Notes under the pieces: model-generated
Seen by the model: only the letters and a program-made list of their open reading frames with translations
Database searches by the model: none
Told to the model about the DNA's origin: nothing
Shown here: one piece after another, positions 17,622 to 26,822 of the stretch
Layout: each line of letters starts with the position of its first letter
Numbering within the stretch: position 1 is the stretch's first letter
IMG/VR virus record: IMGVR_UViG_3300034117_002447
Coordinates: 62,001 to 126,000 of that record
Reading direction: 5' to 3' (one strand)
DNA length: 64,000 nt
Program-made: the position numbers and the translations under genes

Positions 17622-17665
17622 GTTATTTATCTAGTTATTATACCAACTTTTTAAAAAAGGTTTCC
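17622..17665 (-). promoter_or_regulatory. Tandem promoters of the leader/tRNA operon
   Basis: GGAAAC-N16-GTATAAT (17665-17637) plus GATAAATAAC (17631-17622). Confidence 0.65.
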
Positions 17666-17677
17666 CTTTACTAAAAA

Positions 17678-18241
17678 TTACTTTATCATTGCTGCAAGTT
17701 TTTCGTTTGCTTGATCGATCTTAGAGAATTTAGACTCAAAGAAAGACTTTAACTTGGCAACGATTGCTGTGATTTTACCAGACAACCTAGCAACGATCGC
17801 TTTAGCTTTATCAGTTAATTTAGATTCATCTAGTTTTTCAATATCGTATGAGTGTTTTACGTTTGATATTGCTGTGTTTTGTCTAACACATTCGTTGATA
17901 ATTGCTTGAGCAGCAGCATCGACTAACCCTAGTGCCTGCTCTACAGCTTTAGCATAAGATGGGTTTTCAGAAGATCCGCCGTATCTTGAAATCTTGATAA
18001 CGTATTTTTCAGTTGTTGCAAGCTTATCATTTAGGACTTTCATTGCATCAAAGATCGGCTTCATTGTTGCATCAAATGCACCAAGCTCAGTATTGATAGC
18101 TTTTGTTTCAGCTGTCAATTCTTTTAATCGAGTTTTGATTTCGTGAATTCTATCAAGCTTAGCAACGATAGTTTTATCTTTGATTTGAGCTTCGTTAATC
18201 TTTGCTTCGTTAACAAATTGTGTGAATCTTTTAAGTTTCAT
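17678..18241 (-). CDS. Coiled-coil protein with capsid-targeting-like N-terminus
   Basis: MKLKRFTQFVNE; ATAAATAA upstream. Confidence 0.7.
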   Translation of the reverse strand: MKLKRFTQFVNEAKINEAQIKDKTIVAKLDRIHEIKTRLKELTAETKAINTELGAFDATMKPIFDAMKVLNDKLATTEKYVIKISRYGGSSENPSYAKAVEQALGLVDAAAQAIINECVRQNTAISNVKHSYDIEKLDESKLTDKAKAIVARLSGKITAIVAKLKSFFESKFSKIDQANEKLAAMIK

Positions 18242-18267
18242 TTTAAAAAGTAATTTTTGTTTATTTA

Positions 18268-18819
18268 TTAATAACGATCATCGTCGTAATCATCGTAGTC
18301 AGGCTCATCAGGTTCAAAATCCTCAACCGCTCTATCGAGAGCAGAGTCAGTTCTTTTTTTGAAAGTACCAGTTAAATCGACTAGAGTATTTGAATCGTAA
18401 AGAGCTTTGAATTTATTAATGAAGTCCTTGAGCTCTTCTCCTGTAATTTCTTCTTGCTCTGCATCGTATATTAAATCGCCAATTGCTGCATATTCATCAG
18501 CTCCTTCAAATCCCATGCTTTTTAACTCTTCAGCTTCAGGGGAATCTAGCATGGCTTTAACCTGCGAAATTACTGAAGGATCAGTTACTTTATACACTCC
18601 GTCTACTCCATCAAAGTCAACATCATCAACTGAATAGCCGCCAACGAATCCGACACTGCTATCGTCAGGCTCATAATCGAAAGATACGTCTAGTGTAACA
18701 AGCCAAATTATGTAGATTATTTCGTCTATTAAGAATATATTTTCTTCAACTTCAATAACTGACGAAGATTCTGTTATCAAGCTCTCTTTTACAAATTGTG
18801 AAAATCTCTTAAGTTTCAT
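18268..18819 (-). CDS. Acidic protein with capsid-targeting-like N-terminus
   Basis: MKLKRFSQFVKE; ATAAATAA upstream. Confidence 0.7.
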   Translation of the reverse strand: MKLKRFSQFVKESLITESSSVIEVEENIFLIDEIIYIIWLVTLDVSFDYEPDDSSVGFVGGYSVDDVDFDGVDGVYKVTDPSVISQVKAMLDSPEAEELKSMGFEGADEYAAIGDLIYDAEQEEITGEELKDFINKFKALYDSNTLVDLTGTFKKRTDSALDRAVEDFEPDEPDYDDYDDDRY

Positions 18820-18840
18820 TAGGGATCTTATTTTTATTAT

Positions 18841-19098
18841 TTATCCCTTAGTTCTGCCCAAAACTTCTACTGATACAGATACTCCATCTGGATTCTTTCT
18901 AACTCTGATAGTCGCTTCATCGAATCCCCTAATCCACAGTAGATCTTCAAGTACTTCCTGAACATCGTCCGGATAGACTTCCGGATGAACTAGCCCCGGT
19001 TGGTACGGGTCATGTTCTAATTTCTCAGTAAACTCAAGAACGAGACGTTTCATGTCCGCCTCGTTCTTTAGTGCATTTAATATAGAGCCTTTTGCCAT
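18841..19098 (-). CDS. Hypothetical protein
   Basis: Coupled ORF. Confidence 0.6.
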   Translation of the reverse strand: MAKGSILNALKNEADMKRLVLEFTEKLEHDPYQPGLVHPEVYPDDVQEVLEDLLWIRGFDEATIRVRKNPDGVSVSVEVLGRTKG

Positions 19099-19796
19099 TA
19101 CGATACGTATTTTGCAAAGTTAACTGCTGCCTTGTAAGCATCTTCATACGAATGAATTGTCTTAGCACCACGTAGTCTAAAAGGAATATGATCTACTGCC
19201 CAACCAGCAAGGGTCATTTCTTCTTCTGACGCTTTATGGTCAGAGGTACTCTTTGCCCATTCTTCGCACTCTTTATAATACGAGTCCAGGTGCTTGCCGT
19301 AGAACTTTTCGTATTGAGGAAGGTCTTGTTCAGCAGGTTTCCATTTAGCATCAAATAGTTTATCGCCTTTTCCGAATGCACAAGAAGCACGGTGAGAATA
19401 ACCAATCCACTGCTTTGCCTTCTTACTCCATGCAGTATGAGGATGAGATCCCTTTGTTGCTCTGAGGCCATTGTTGTAGTACCACCAACCTTCTTCAATT
19501 GATCCAACGTAAACTCCGTCTGGATTCATGCATGAATTGGGTAATGAGTACTCATCGTCTGGTCCGAACTTATGAACTCCTACCTTTAGCCCAGTAGTTG
19601 CTTCAATTTGTTTAATACATTCAGGATTTACAGCCCAACCTTCCAAATCTCTTTCAGGTCGGATTCGGCTTACTAACTTAGTAAATCCCAGATCCAAGTG
19701 GATCTTATTTAATTTAGTTTTGCCAGTGTAGTGAGGAAATCTCTCGAACTTCAACTGAATTTTGCCAAGGTATGGCGTTTGATTTTTAATTAACAT
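19098..19796 (-). CDS. Hypothetical phage protein
   Basis: WIGYSHRA...FGKGDKLFD motif. Confidence 0.65.
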   Translation of the reverse strand: MLIKNQTPYLGKIQLKFERFPHYTGKTKLNKIHLDLGFTKLVSRIRPERDLEGWAVNPECIKQIEATTGLKVGVHKFGPDDEYSLPNSCMNPDGVYVGSIEEGWWYYNNGLRATKGSHPHTAWSKKAKQWIGYSHRASCAFGKGDKLFDAKWKPAEQDLPQYEKFYGKHLDSYYKECEEWAKSTSDHKASEEEMTLAGWAVDHIPFRLRGAKTIHSYEDAYKAAVNFAKYVS

Positions 19797-19810
19797 ATAC
19801 TGTTATTTTT

Positions 19811-19999
19811 TTAATAAGGATCAACTACCTCATCGACTGCGTCAGATAAGTCTTCGCCGACCGAGTTTATTAAATCCTTTGTTGCGGTAGCTTCGCCACC
19901 GGTTGCCACGTCAACTGCATCCTTTACGACTGCGATTGGTGACAATGCTGTTTTTACTGTTGCGCTTGCTATATTAGCGATTGCTCCGAATAGTCCCAT
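19811..19999 (-). CDS. Hypothetical protein
   Basis: Short amphipathic ORF with A-rich start. Confidence 0.6.
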   Translation of the reverse strand: MGLFGAIANIASATVKTALSPIAVVKDAVDVATGGEATATKDLINSVGEDLSDAVDEVVDPY

Positions 20000-20015
20000 T
20001 GTTTATTGATTTTTT

Positions 20016-20103
20016 TGGCGGAGGATGTAGGATTCGAACCTACGGTACCTTGCGGTACAACAGTTTTCAAGACTGCCGCGATCGACCACTCTGCCAATCC
20101 TCC
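20016..20103 (-). tRNA. tRNA-Ser(TGA)
   Basis: GCAGT-CTTGAAA-ACTGT; long variable arm; G73; CCA. Confidence 0.97.
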
Positions 20104-20109
20104 TTTGAG

Positions 20110-20373
20110 TTACTTAGACTCGATTATATTATACGTACCTTCCATTACGCCATAACTCGATTCTTCATGGAACTGATAGGTTTGAGCAACATCACTTGAA
20201 TCCATCGGCCGAGTCAAATACCAGATTTGAGTCTCTTTCCACGTTACAGTTACCAATTTTCTGCCCTTTGGTAAATTGATAGTGCCTTCACCGCCGAAGT
20301 TTTTAACTCGCGAGTTTTCAGTACATGAAGCGAATGAGAATAGGATCGCTGTTAAAATTACTAATTTTTTCAT
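20110..20373 (-). CDS. Putative lipoprotein
   Basis: Signal peptide ending FASC. Confidence 0.7.
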   Translation of the reverse strand: MKKLVILTAILFSFASCTENSRVKNFGGEGTINLPKGRKLVTVTWKETQIWYLTRPMDSSDVAQTYQFHEESSYGVMEGTYNIIESK

Positions 20374-20381
20374 ATTGATTT

Positions 20382-20600
20382 TTATTTTAGAAAAAAGGAA
20401 AACGTTTCCTTAATGATTGTGATATTTACTTCATGCATGATTAACCATTTAATCCAAGCGAATGGCATGAAAAAGAAGTCCATGATCGCCCAAAAAATGC
20501 TATTGTGAATCTGATAACCGATCATCGCAGTTAGCAGTGCAAAGATTGAATAAATTCCAGGATTCCAAACAACTCGTGGTTTATTAGTTTCTATTTCCAT
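20382..20600 (-). CDS. Small membrane protein
   Basis: Two hydrophobic segments. Confidence 0.6.
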   Translation of the reverse strand: MEIETNKPRVVWNPGIYSIFALLTAMIGYQIHNSIFWAIMDFFFMPFAWIKWLIMHEVNITIIKETFSFFLK

Positions 20601-20607
20601 AGAGTTA

Positions 20608-21291
20608 TTATACTAAATTTTCTGATCTTGGTTCAACGTTAATAACTGGCGGGCGATTATGCCATAGTCGATATCGTTCATCGACCACTGACGCATTAAT
20701 AAATGTAGTACCGCCTATTTCTACTTGGCCCATCTCTTCGTGTATGTGGCCGAATACATGAACTTGGGGTTTAATTTGATCAACCTTAGCCTTTAGACTT
20801 TTACAACCAACGCTCCAACCTTCTCTGATAGTTTTATCCAAGATTCCATGAGGAGGCCCGTGCGTTATCAGAACATCAATTCCTTCCGGAATAAGATCCC
20901 AATGTGGACCTATTTCATTTTCATATCGATTAAATGCCCAATTATGAAAGAATGGAGTTACTGGACTTCCCCAGAATTTAATACCCTCAATCGTTACGCC
21001 ACTATCATTTAAGTAGGTAATTCCAGGATACTCAGCAAGCAGAGCCTGAACCTCCTCTGGTTTTGCTACCTCAAAAAAGAAGTCGTGGTTTCCAGCAATT
21101 AGGATCTTATGCATATAGGGTTGTGAACTAAACCATTTAAGGAATACTCTAATTTCACGCTCAGTTCCACGCCCAGATACATCACCTGCGTGGACCAAGA
21201 TAGGACCTCCAGGCAGAAGATCATTTAGGTCTTCTGTATTAACTGGATCAGATACAATCCAATGTGTATCACTTATAAATGTAATTTCCAT
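20608..21291 (-). CDS. Metallophosphoesterase (MPPED/239FB-like)
   Basis: ISDTH, HAGD, AGNHD, THGPP, FGHIHE. Confidence 0.9.
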   Translation of the reverse strand: MEITFISDTHWIVSDPVNTEDLNDLLPGGPILVHAGDVSGRGTEREIRVFLKWFSSQPYMHKILIAGNHDFFFEVAKPEEVQALLAEYPGITYLNDSGVTIEGIKFWGSPVTPFFHNWAFNRYENEIGPHWDLIPEGIDVLITHGPPHGILDKTIREGWSVGCKSLKAKVDQIKPQVHVFGHIHEEMGQVEIGGTTFINASVVDERYRLWHNRPPVINVEPRSENLV

Positions 21292-21569
21292 TATGAATTT
21301 TGTATTGTTTCGATTTCTTCAAGTATCTGATTCTTTGTTCTAAGACCACTAAGTCTCTTTACTTCTTGATCGTCTTTAACAAAAATAAGAGTAGGGATTC
21401 CCCTGATTCCAAATTTACTGGCAAGTTCAGGATTTTCGTCAACGTTTACCTTTCTAATCTCAATTTGAGAATCAGGTACATTAAATCGTTCCGATAATTC
21501 TGAAATAGCTGGCATCATTACTTTACAAGGACCGCACCATGGAGCCCAATAGTCTGTTATAATTAACAT
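21291..21569 (-). CDS. trxA: Thioredoxin
   Basis: WAPWCGPCK, GIPTL. Confidence 0.92.
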   Translation of the reverse strand: MLIITDYWAPWCGPCKVMMPAISELSERFNVPDSQIEIRKVNVDENPELASKFGIRGIPTLIFVKDDQEVKRLSGLRTKNQILEEIETIQNS

Positions 21570-21572
21570 AAG

Positions 21573-21818
21573 TTAAGAGATAATTTTAGGTTTGTCAGTT
21601 GATTGAGGTTTAGCGTCCTTTACTTGAAACTGTTCATTTACGTGAGAGCACTTTGAGCAGGTAAAAGTAGGAACTGGGACAATCATATCCTCAGCTGATC
21701 CTGTTAATAATTTAGAAACTCTACGTAAGTAGCTCGCTTCTTTAAACGTATCGTTCCCGCAAGATTCGCAAACGATTGGGCTTGAATTTTCAAGACCGAC
21801 TCTGACATTTTGATCCAT
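21573..21818 (-). CDS. Zn-ribbon hypothetical protein
   Basis: CESCG...CSKCS. Confidence 0.65.
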   Translation of the reverse strand: MDQNVRVGLENSSPIVCESCGNDTFKEASYLRRVSKLLTGSAEDMIVPVPTFTCSKCSHVNEQFQVKDAKPQSTDKPKIIS

Positions 21819-21920
21819 ATTTCAGTTTAATTTATTCTACTATAAAAGTCGAAAGGGTTTAACAAGTTAAACAAAAAATGCCTAGAAATCTAGGCACTTA
21901 GAGTCGAGAGGTTTCTCTGA

Positions 21921-22094
21921 TTACTTTACAGTAACTGTGTCAACTAGAGTTGAGTCAGTGGTTACTGAAGTTGAGTCAACTAGAGTTGAGTCAGCAACAG
22001 TAACAGTAGAGTCAGCTGGAGCAGAGTTAGAACAGCTAGTGATAGCGATCATTGCAACTAGTGCAAAAGCGAAAAGCAAAATTGATTTCTTCAT
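21921..22094 (-). CDS. Small lipoprotein (57 aa) with DST repeats, not in ORF track
   Basis: MKKSILLFAFALVAMIAITSC-SNSAPADSTVTVADSTLVDSTSVTTDSTLVDTVTVK; own promoter (22130-22158) and downstream hairpin. Confidence 0.75.
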   Translation of the reverse strand: MKKSILLFAFALVAMIAITSCSNSAPADSTVTVADSTLVDSTSVTTDSTLVDTVTVK

Positions 22095-22135
22095 GTTTCT
22101 GGTTATTTTTGTTTTTAATTTAGAGAATTATTATA

Positions 22136-22537
22136 CTAAGAATTTGTGCAGAGTTTCCGAATAAGCCATCTTCTGGCCTCAAGTTGATCGCGATATCCTC
22201 TCTTATTACACGTTATCTCGTATGGATGTTTTTCGTAACTTGTTCGGTATTCTCCGTATTTTTCCATGTCCTGTTTGAAATGGGTGTATTCATGGATTAC
22301 TGTGCTGCACCAAGAAAGTAACGACCTGTGTCTTTTTGGATTTAAAATGATTGTGTTTTGACAAGGTTCATACATTCCGAAATGTATATGGTTCGGATCA
22401 ATCTGAATCTTCAACGTTTTGAGATTGTTGTACTTACTTGGGCCATACTTTTCAATACACCATCCCAAAAGAAGATTCGCACTCTTCTTATTAATGTATT
22501 CTCTCACGGTAAGGTTATTTATCATAGTTTTAAGCAT
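22136..22537 (-). CDS. HEXXH zinc-metallopeptidase-like protein
   Basis: VIHEYTHFKQ...PYE. Confidence 0.65.
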   Translation of the reverse strand: MLKTMINNLTVREYINKKSANLLLGWCIEKYGPSKYNNLKTLKIQIDPNHIHFGMYEPCQNTIILNPKRHRSLLSWCSTVIHEYTHFKQDMEKYGEYRTSYEKHPYEITCNKRGYRDQLEARRWLIRKLCTNS

Positions 22538-22578
22538 AGCCTGTTAGTTAAATAATAAAAAGTACAAAGGAAAATATT

Positions 22579-23181
22579 ATGAATTACACAAAAGAAATGA
22601 TCGAGGCTGCAGTTAAGGCAAAGGGTTATGCTTGGTTCGAAGGGGCCAAAGACTATGACCTAAATCTAGTTGGGGTTAGAAATAACTCAGCGGCAATCGC
22701 AGATAAAGTTACTAATCTATTTGACGATTGGATGACTGCTTCTTATAAAGTTAACGGCGTATGGCAATTTAACTGCTGGCCAATAACTACTGATCCGGGT
22801 AAGAAAGCTATGCTTGAATATCACAATCCAAATGGAGTTGCTCGAGTAGTTCCAGGACAATATCGTGGAATGTGGGCGATTGGATTACACCAGGGCAAAT
22901 ACGAAGCACTAAGACAGGTTAAGCCAGTTAAAGTTTATCGTGATAAAAACAAAGACATGAAGTATGACGAAACAACAATTCAAGAAGGAATCTTTGGAAT
23001 TAACGGTCACCGCTCTAACCCAAAAACTCAATCTGAATACGTTGAAAACTGGTCCGAAGGTTGTCAAGTATTTAAAAAGGTTGCAGACTTTAATGCCTTA
23101 ATGAAACTTGCAAATCTAGCTAAAGCAATCCACGGAAATTCATTCACTTACACTCTATTGGAATCAACTGATATTGTTTAA
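22579..23181 (+). CDS. Putative cell-wall enzyme, YkuD/L,D-transpeptidase-like
   Basis: GINGHRS...WSEGCQV (H-x-S-x-GC pattern); beside the endolysin. Confidence 0.55.
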   Translation: MNYTKEMIEAAVKAKGYAWFEGAKDYDLNLVGVRNNSAAIADKVTNLFDDWMTASYKVNGVWQFNCWPITTDPGKKAMLEYHNPNGVARVVPGQYRGMWAIGLHQGKYEALRQVKPVKVYRDKNKDMKYDETTIQEGIFGINGHRSNPKTQSEYVENWSEGCQVFKKVADFNALMKLANLAKAIHGNSFTYTLLESTDIV

Positions 23182-23201
23182 GAATTTACGAGTTTACTAG
23201 T

Positions 23202-23229
23202 AACCCCCAGCTTAAACTGGGGGTTTTTT
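23202..23229 (+). terminator. Intrinsic terminator
   Basis: AACCCCCAG-CTTAAA-CTGGGGGTT-TTTT. Confidence 0.85.
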
Positions 23230-23281
23230 AATGACTCTTTTTTAGGTCAGTAATTGATAAATAACAAAAAACCCTTTTCAA

Positions 23282-24106
23282 ATGCTATTAAAGAATGGAT
23301 CTAATGGCCCAGAGGTTGCCAAAATGCAAGCACTCCTAGGAGTAGGCGCAGATGGAAGCTTCGGACCTGGAACAGAAACCGCTGTCAAAGCATGGCAGCA
23401 AGCAAACGGGCTTACTCCTGACGGTATCGTCGGAGATGCTACTTGGGCTAAGATGTTTGGTGCAGCTCCAGTTGCAGCTCCAGCAGCTACGCCAATCCCA
23501 CCATCAAGTTTTAAACTTGAAAAACTAGCTGGACATGTACCAGCAGCAGTAATCGCTCAAATTCCTGACACAGCTGCAAAATTCGGAATCACTAATCCTT
23601 TAAGATTAGCTCACTTCCTTGCGCAATGTGGACACGAAAGTGGAGGATTCAAAGCAGTTAACGAGAATCTAAACTATTCAGCTGACGGTCTTAAAAAGAT
23701 CTTCGGAAAGTATTTTCCTGGTAACTTAAACGAGTCTTATGCTCGTCAACCTGAAAAAATCGCTGCTAGAGTGTATGCTTCTAGAATGGGTAATGGAGAT
23801 GAAGCTTCGAAAGAAGGTTTTAAATTCAGAGGTCGCGGTTACATTCAATTGACTGGTAAATCGAATTACACAAACTTTGCAAAATTTATCGGCGAGGATA
23901 CTGTTGCTAATCCGGATCTAGTCGCTACAAAATACCCACTCGCATCGGCTGCTTTCTTTTTTCAGTCTAATGGCTTATGGGCGATTTGTGATAAAGGAGC
24001 AGACACTGCTGCTGTAACTGCGGTAACTAAGAGAGTTAATGGTGGAACGATTGGTTTGGCTGACCGTATTAAACACTTTAACGAGTATTACGCTTTATTA
24101 AAATAA
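23282..24106 (+). CDS. Endolysin: peptidoglycan-binding domain + GH19 catalytic domain
   Basis: DGSFGPGTETAVKAWQ...DGIVG; HFLAQCGHESGGF, ENLNYS, FRGRGYIQLTGK, TKRVNGG. Confidence 0.92.
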   Translation: MLLKNGSNGPEVAKMQALLGVGADGSFGPGTETAVKAWQQANGLTPDGIVGDATWAKMFGAAPVAAPAATPIPPSSFKLEKLAGHVPAAVIAQIPDTAAKFGITNPLRLAHFLAQCGHESGGFKAVNENLNYSADGLKKIFGKYFPGNLNESYARQPEKIAARVYASRMGNGDEASKEGFKFRGRGYIQLTGKSNYTNFAKFIGEDTVANPDLVATKYPLASAAFFFQSNGLWAICDKGADTAAVTAVTKRVNGGTIGLADRIKHFNEYYALLK

Positions 24107-24124
24107 AAAAACAAATGTTCTTCG

Positions 24125-26047
24125 ATGAAAAAAATAATCTTTATTCTATTCGCACTAGTCACGTGCGCACTCTCTACTGGAGTTTATGCTCAAAGTGGAC
24201 CTCCTGCCCCAGGCGCAGGAATTTGGACAATCATTGATACGACATATCAAGTTGGTACAAGTACGCTAGGTCAGTCCAAAGCCAGAATCACGCTAAAGAA
24301 TGCAACTATCTCAAAATACACAGGTATTCAAACTCGAATATTTTACGATAAGGATGCATTTGCTAGTGCATCAGTTGCGCTAGTTGGATCGCCTACTAAC
24401 TTATATTTACAGTCAGTAGATAGTAATGCTACCGGTTACGTAACCCTTTCATTAGTGTATACTGGAAACAGCAGTACTTATACTCTAGCGGACGGTGAAA
24501 CCTTTGAAATAACCTTTACTCACGTTGCAGCTGCATCGTTTTATGCGTTACCCTCAATCAGTGCTCTTACGTTTAGTGGCGCAGCTTCTTTTACTACACT
24601 CGCTGCATCTCAGACAGGTTTAGATACTACTCTAAGCAAGCATAGCTACGGCGGTGTATGGGAACAGCCTACTTTAGACTTCCATGGTAAATTTACAAAC
24701 GTTACTGGAACTGGAGCAAAGAACTTAACTTTAGCTCTTGAGAAAAAGGTAAAAGCTGGAGGTACTTGGGGAACTCATGATACGTACGTAACTGACCTAA
24801 GTGGAAATTTTGCATTTAGCGAAATTATTGATACTACTTATTATGATGTACGCCTTGCAATTAAAGGTGATACGATGACGGTAGGAAACGTTATATCAAC
24901 AGCAGATGCTCAATTAATTAATCAATGGGTGTTAGGGTCAGCGACTCCTTCCGGATTCGACTTCTATACAGCAGATGTTAACGGTTCAACTAACGTAACA
25001 ATAACTGATGCATACGGAGTATTTGGTAGAATTGCTGGAAGATTCACTGAATGGCCTAATGCCGTTGAGGATGTTAAGTTCTTTACTGCTGCCCAATACA
25101 CAACAATCACAGGATCTCCATCGACTAACTATACTTCAACTTATGCTGGAGTAACAAACTTCTACTACGACATTTTACCAGGACAACCTGATTCAGTTCA
25201 ATATTACGTACTTGTTCCAGGAGATGCAAACGGTACGGGTTACAACATGGCTCGTTTAACGCCAATTGAAGTAATGATCAATCCACCGGCTGGAACCCCA
25301 GCTCAAACTGAAAACGTAATTGATATGACAGTTGAATACGATTTTCCAACGAGCTCAATTGAAGTTAATCTTCCTAATCTTTCTGTAAATTCAGGAAATC
25401 TAGTAGAAATACCGGTTACTGTTAAAACTGGAGGAAAGGATATTTCGTCTCTTCAATTAGCAATGTTATACGATCAGACCTTATTGGAATTTAAAGACAT
25501 TACTAACTCTGCTAAATCAATGCAGTGGATGTCTTCATTCAATCCAACTGGCGGAATTATCGAATGGGCCGGTTACGATCCATCAGCTAACAAAAGCTAC
25601 ATGATTCCAGATAATTATGAAGTTTTTAAATTGAGATTTATCGCACTTAAACCTCAAATTGATTGGGAGGCATCGCCTTTGTATACTTCTAGAAAATTCT
25701 CAGGAGACAATCAATCTAGGGATTTATCAATCACCGCAGCAAACGGCATCTTAATCGTTGCTAAAATGGCTGGACCTTCTGGTCAATTGGATAACTTTGA
25801 AATTACCGCATTTCCCAATCCAACTACTGGAGAGATAAGCTTTGACTTCTCAGTTAAGAATAGCGGAATGGTTAAGTTAGTAATCGTTGACCTAAACGGA
25901 TCAGAACAATTTGTTATACTTGATCAAGACATGCCAGCTGGAAAATACGTATACTCTTCCAATATTAATCAGTTAACTAGCGGATTATACGTTGCTTCTT
26001 TACAGGCAGTTGATCAAATTAACTCTACTAAAATCATAAAAAAATAA
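24125..26047 (+). CDS. Secreted protein with dockerin-like repeat, cohesin-like domain and T9SS type A C-terminal sorting domain
   Basis: Signal peptide; ADVNGSTNVTITDA; LVEIPVTV...SLQLAMLYD; FPNPTTG...SGLYV...KIIKK. Confidence 0.75.
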   Translation: MKKIIFILFALVTCALSTGVYAQSGPPAPGAGIWTIIDTTYQVGTSTLGQSKARITLKNATISKYTGIQTRIFYDKDAFASASVALVGSPTNLYLQSVDSNATGYVTLSLVYTGNSSTYTLADGETFEITFTHVAAASFYALPSISALTFSGAASFTTLAASQTGLDTTLSKHSYGGVWEQPTLDFHGKFTNVTGTGAKNLTLALEKKVKAGGTWGTHDTYVTDLSGNFAFSEIIDTTYYDVRLAIKGDTMTVGNVISTADAQLINQWVLGSATPSGFDFYTADVNGSTNVTITDAYGVFGRIAGRFTEWPNAVEDVKFFTAAQYTTITGSPSTNYTSTYAGVTNFYYDILPGQPDSVQYYVLVPGDANGTGYNMARLTPIEVMINPPAGTPAQTENVIDMTVEYDFPTSSIEVNLPNLSVNSGNLVEIPVTVKTGGKDISSLQLAMLYDQTLLEFKDITNSAKSMQWMSSFNPTGGIIEWAGYDPSANKSYMIPDNYEVFKLRFIALKPQIDWEASPLYTSRKFSGDNQSRDLSITAANGILIVAKMAGPSGQLDNFEITAFPNPTTGEISFDFSVKNSGMVKLVIVDLNGSEQFVILDQDMPAGKYVYSSNINQLTSGLYVASLQAVDQINSTKIIKK

Positions 26048-26054
26048 ACAAACA

Positions 26055-26396
26055 ATGTCTGAGGAAACAAACGCAGCAGAAACAAATGATGGAACATGGT
26101 CAGGTCTTAAGAAGACCCTGATCGGTACGATCTCTACGGCAGTTTTAGCTGGAGGTACATGGCTTACAACTACTCTATTTAACGGAGGTGACCATGAAAA
26201 AGAAGAAACGAAAACTGAACAGGTTGCACCAGCAGCTCAACCAGTTATCAACGTTAATCTTGAAAACAATAATACAAATCAACAAAAACAATCAGGCGGA
26301 ACTAACACAGTAATCCGTGAGAGAGTTGTTGAGAAAGCTCCAGCTGAAAAACCAGCGGAAAAGAAGAAGAGCGAGTCTGAAGACGCTCCTTGGTAA
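26055..26396 (+). CDS. Hypothetical membrane-anchored protein
   Basis: One TM helix, charged tail. Confidence 0.65.
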   Translation: MSEETNAAETNDGTWSGLKKTLIGTISTAVLAGGTWLTTTLFNGGDHEKEETKTEQVAPAAQPVINVNLENNNTNQQKQSGGTNTVIRERVVEKAPAEKPAEKKKSESEDAPW

Positions 26397-26457
26397 TCAG
26401 AAGGCGGATTAACGTCCGCCTTTTTATTTTCAGAACTAAAAATAAACTACTACTACA

Positions 26458-26820
26458 ATGTCTAATTTGAAAAAATTATTAATCGGTGAATCTGCATACG
26501 TAAAGGTTGAAGACAAGAATCGCTTCTACTACATGCTACAACAAATGCAGTCAAACCGTTGGAAAATTACAGGAATCGTTCTATTTCTTTTCTTCTTTAT
26601 TATTGCTGGAATTAATTCAGCTGTATTTTTTGGAGTAACAATCGCAGAAGATTGGAAAGAATTACTACTTCTTTTATTGGGAGCCTTTGTTGGTAACCTA
26701 AATAAAGTAGTTGACTACTGGTTCAATTCAGAAGATCGTGATAAAATGTTAATTCAAAAGGTTGACGAAGAAGATGGAGTATCTCTTTCTAATACTACTT
26801 CAAATAACGTAACCGAATAA
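26458..26820 (+). CDS. Two-TM membrane protein (holin-like)
   Basis: Two TM helices ending VVDYWF. Confidence 0.55.
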   Translation: MSNLKKLLIGESAYVKVEDKNRFYYMLQQMQSNRWKITGIVLFLFFFIIAGINSAVFFGVTIAEDWKELLLLLLGAFVGNLNKVVDYWFNSEDRDKMLIQKVDEEDGVSLSNTTSNNVTE

Positions 26821-26822
26821 TC

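Noticed and set aside
21937-22164. Plus-strand 75-aa ORF with VESTRVES repeats
   Set aside because: Antisense shadow of the minus-strand DST lipoprotein, which has signal peptide, promoter and terminator.
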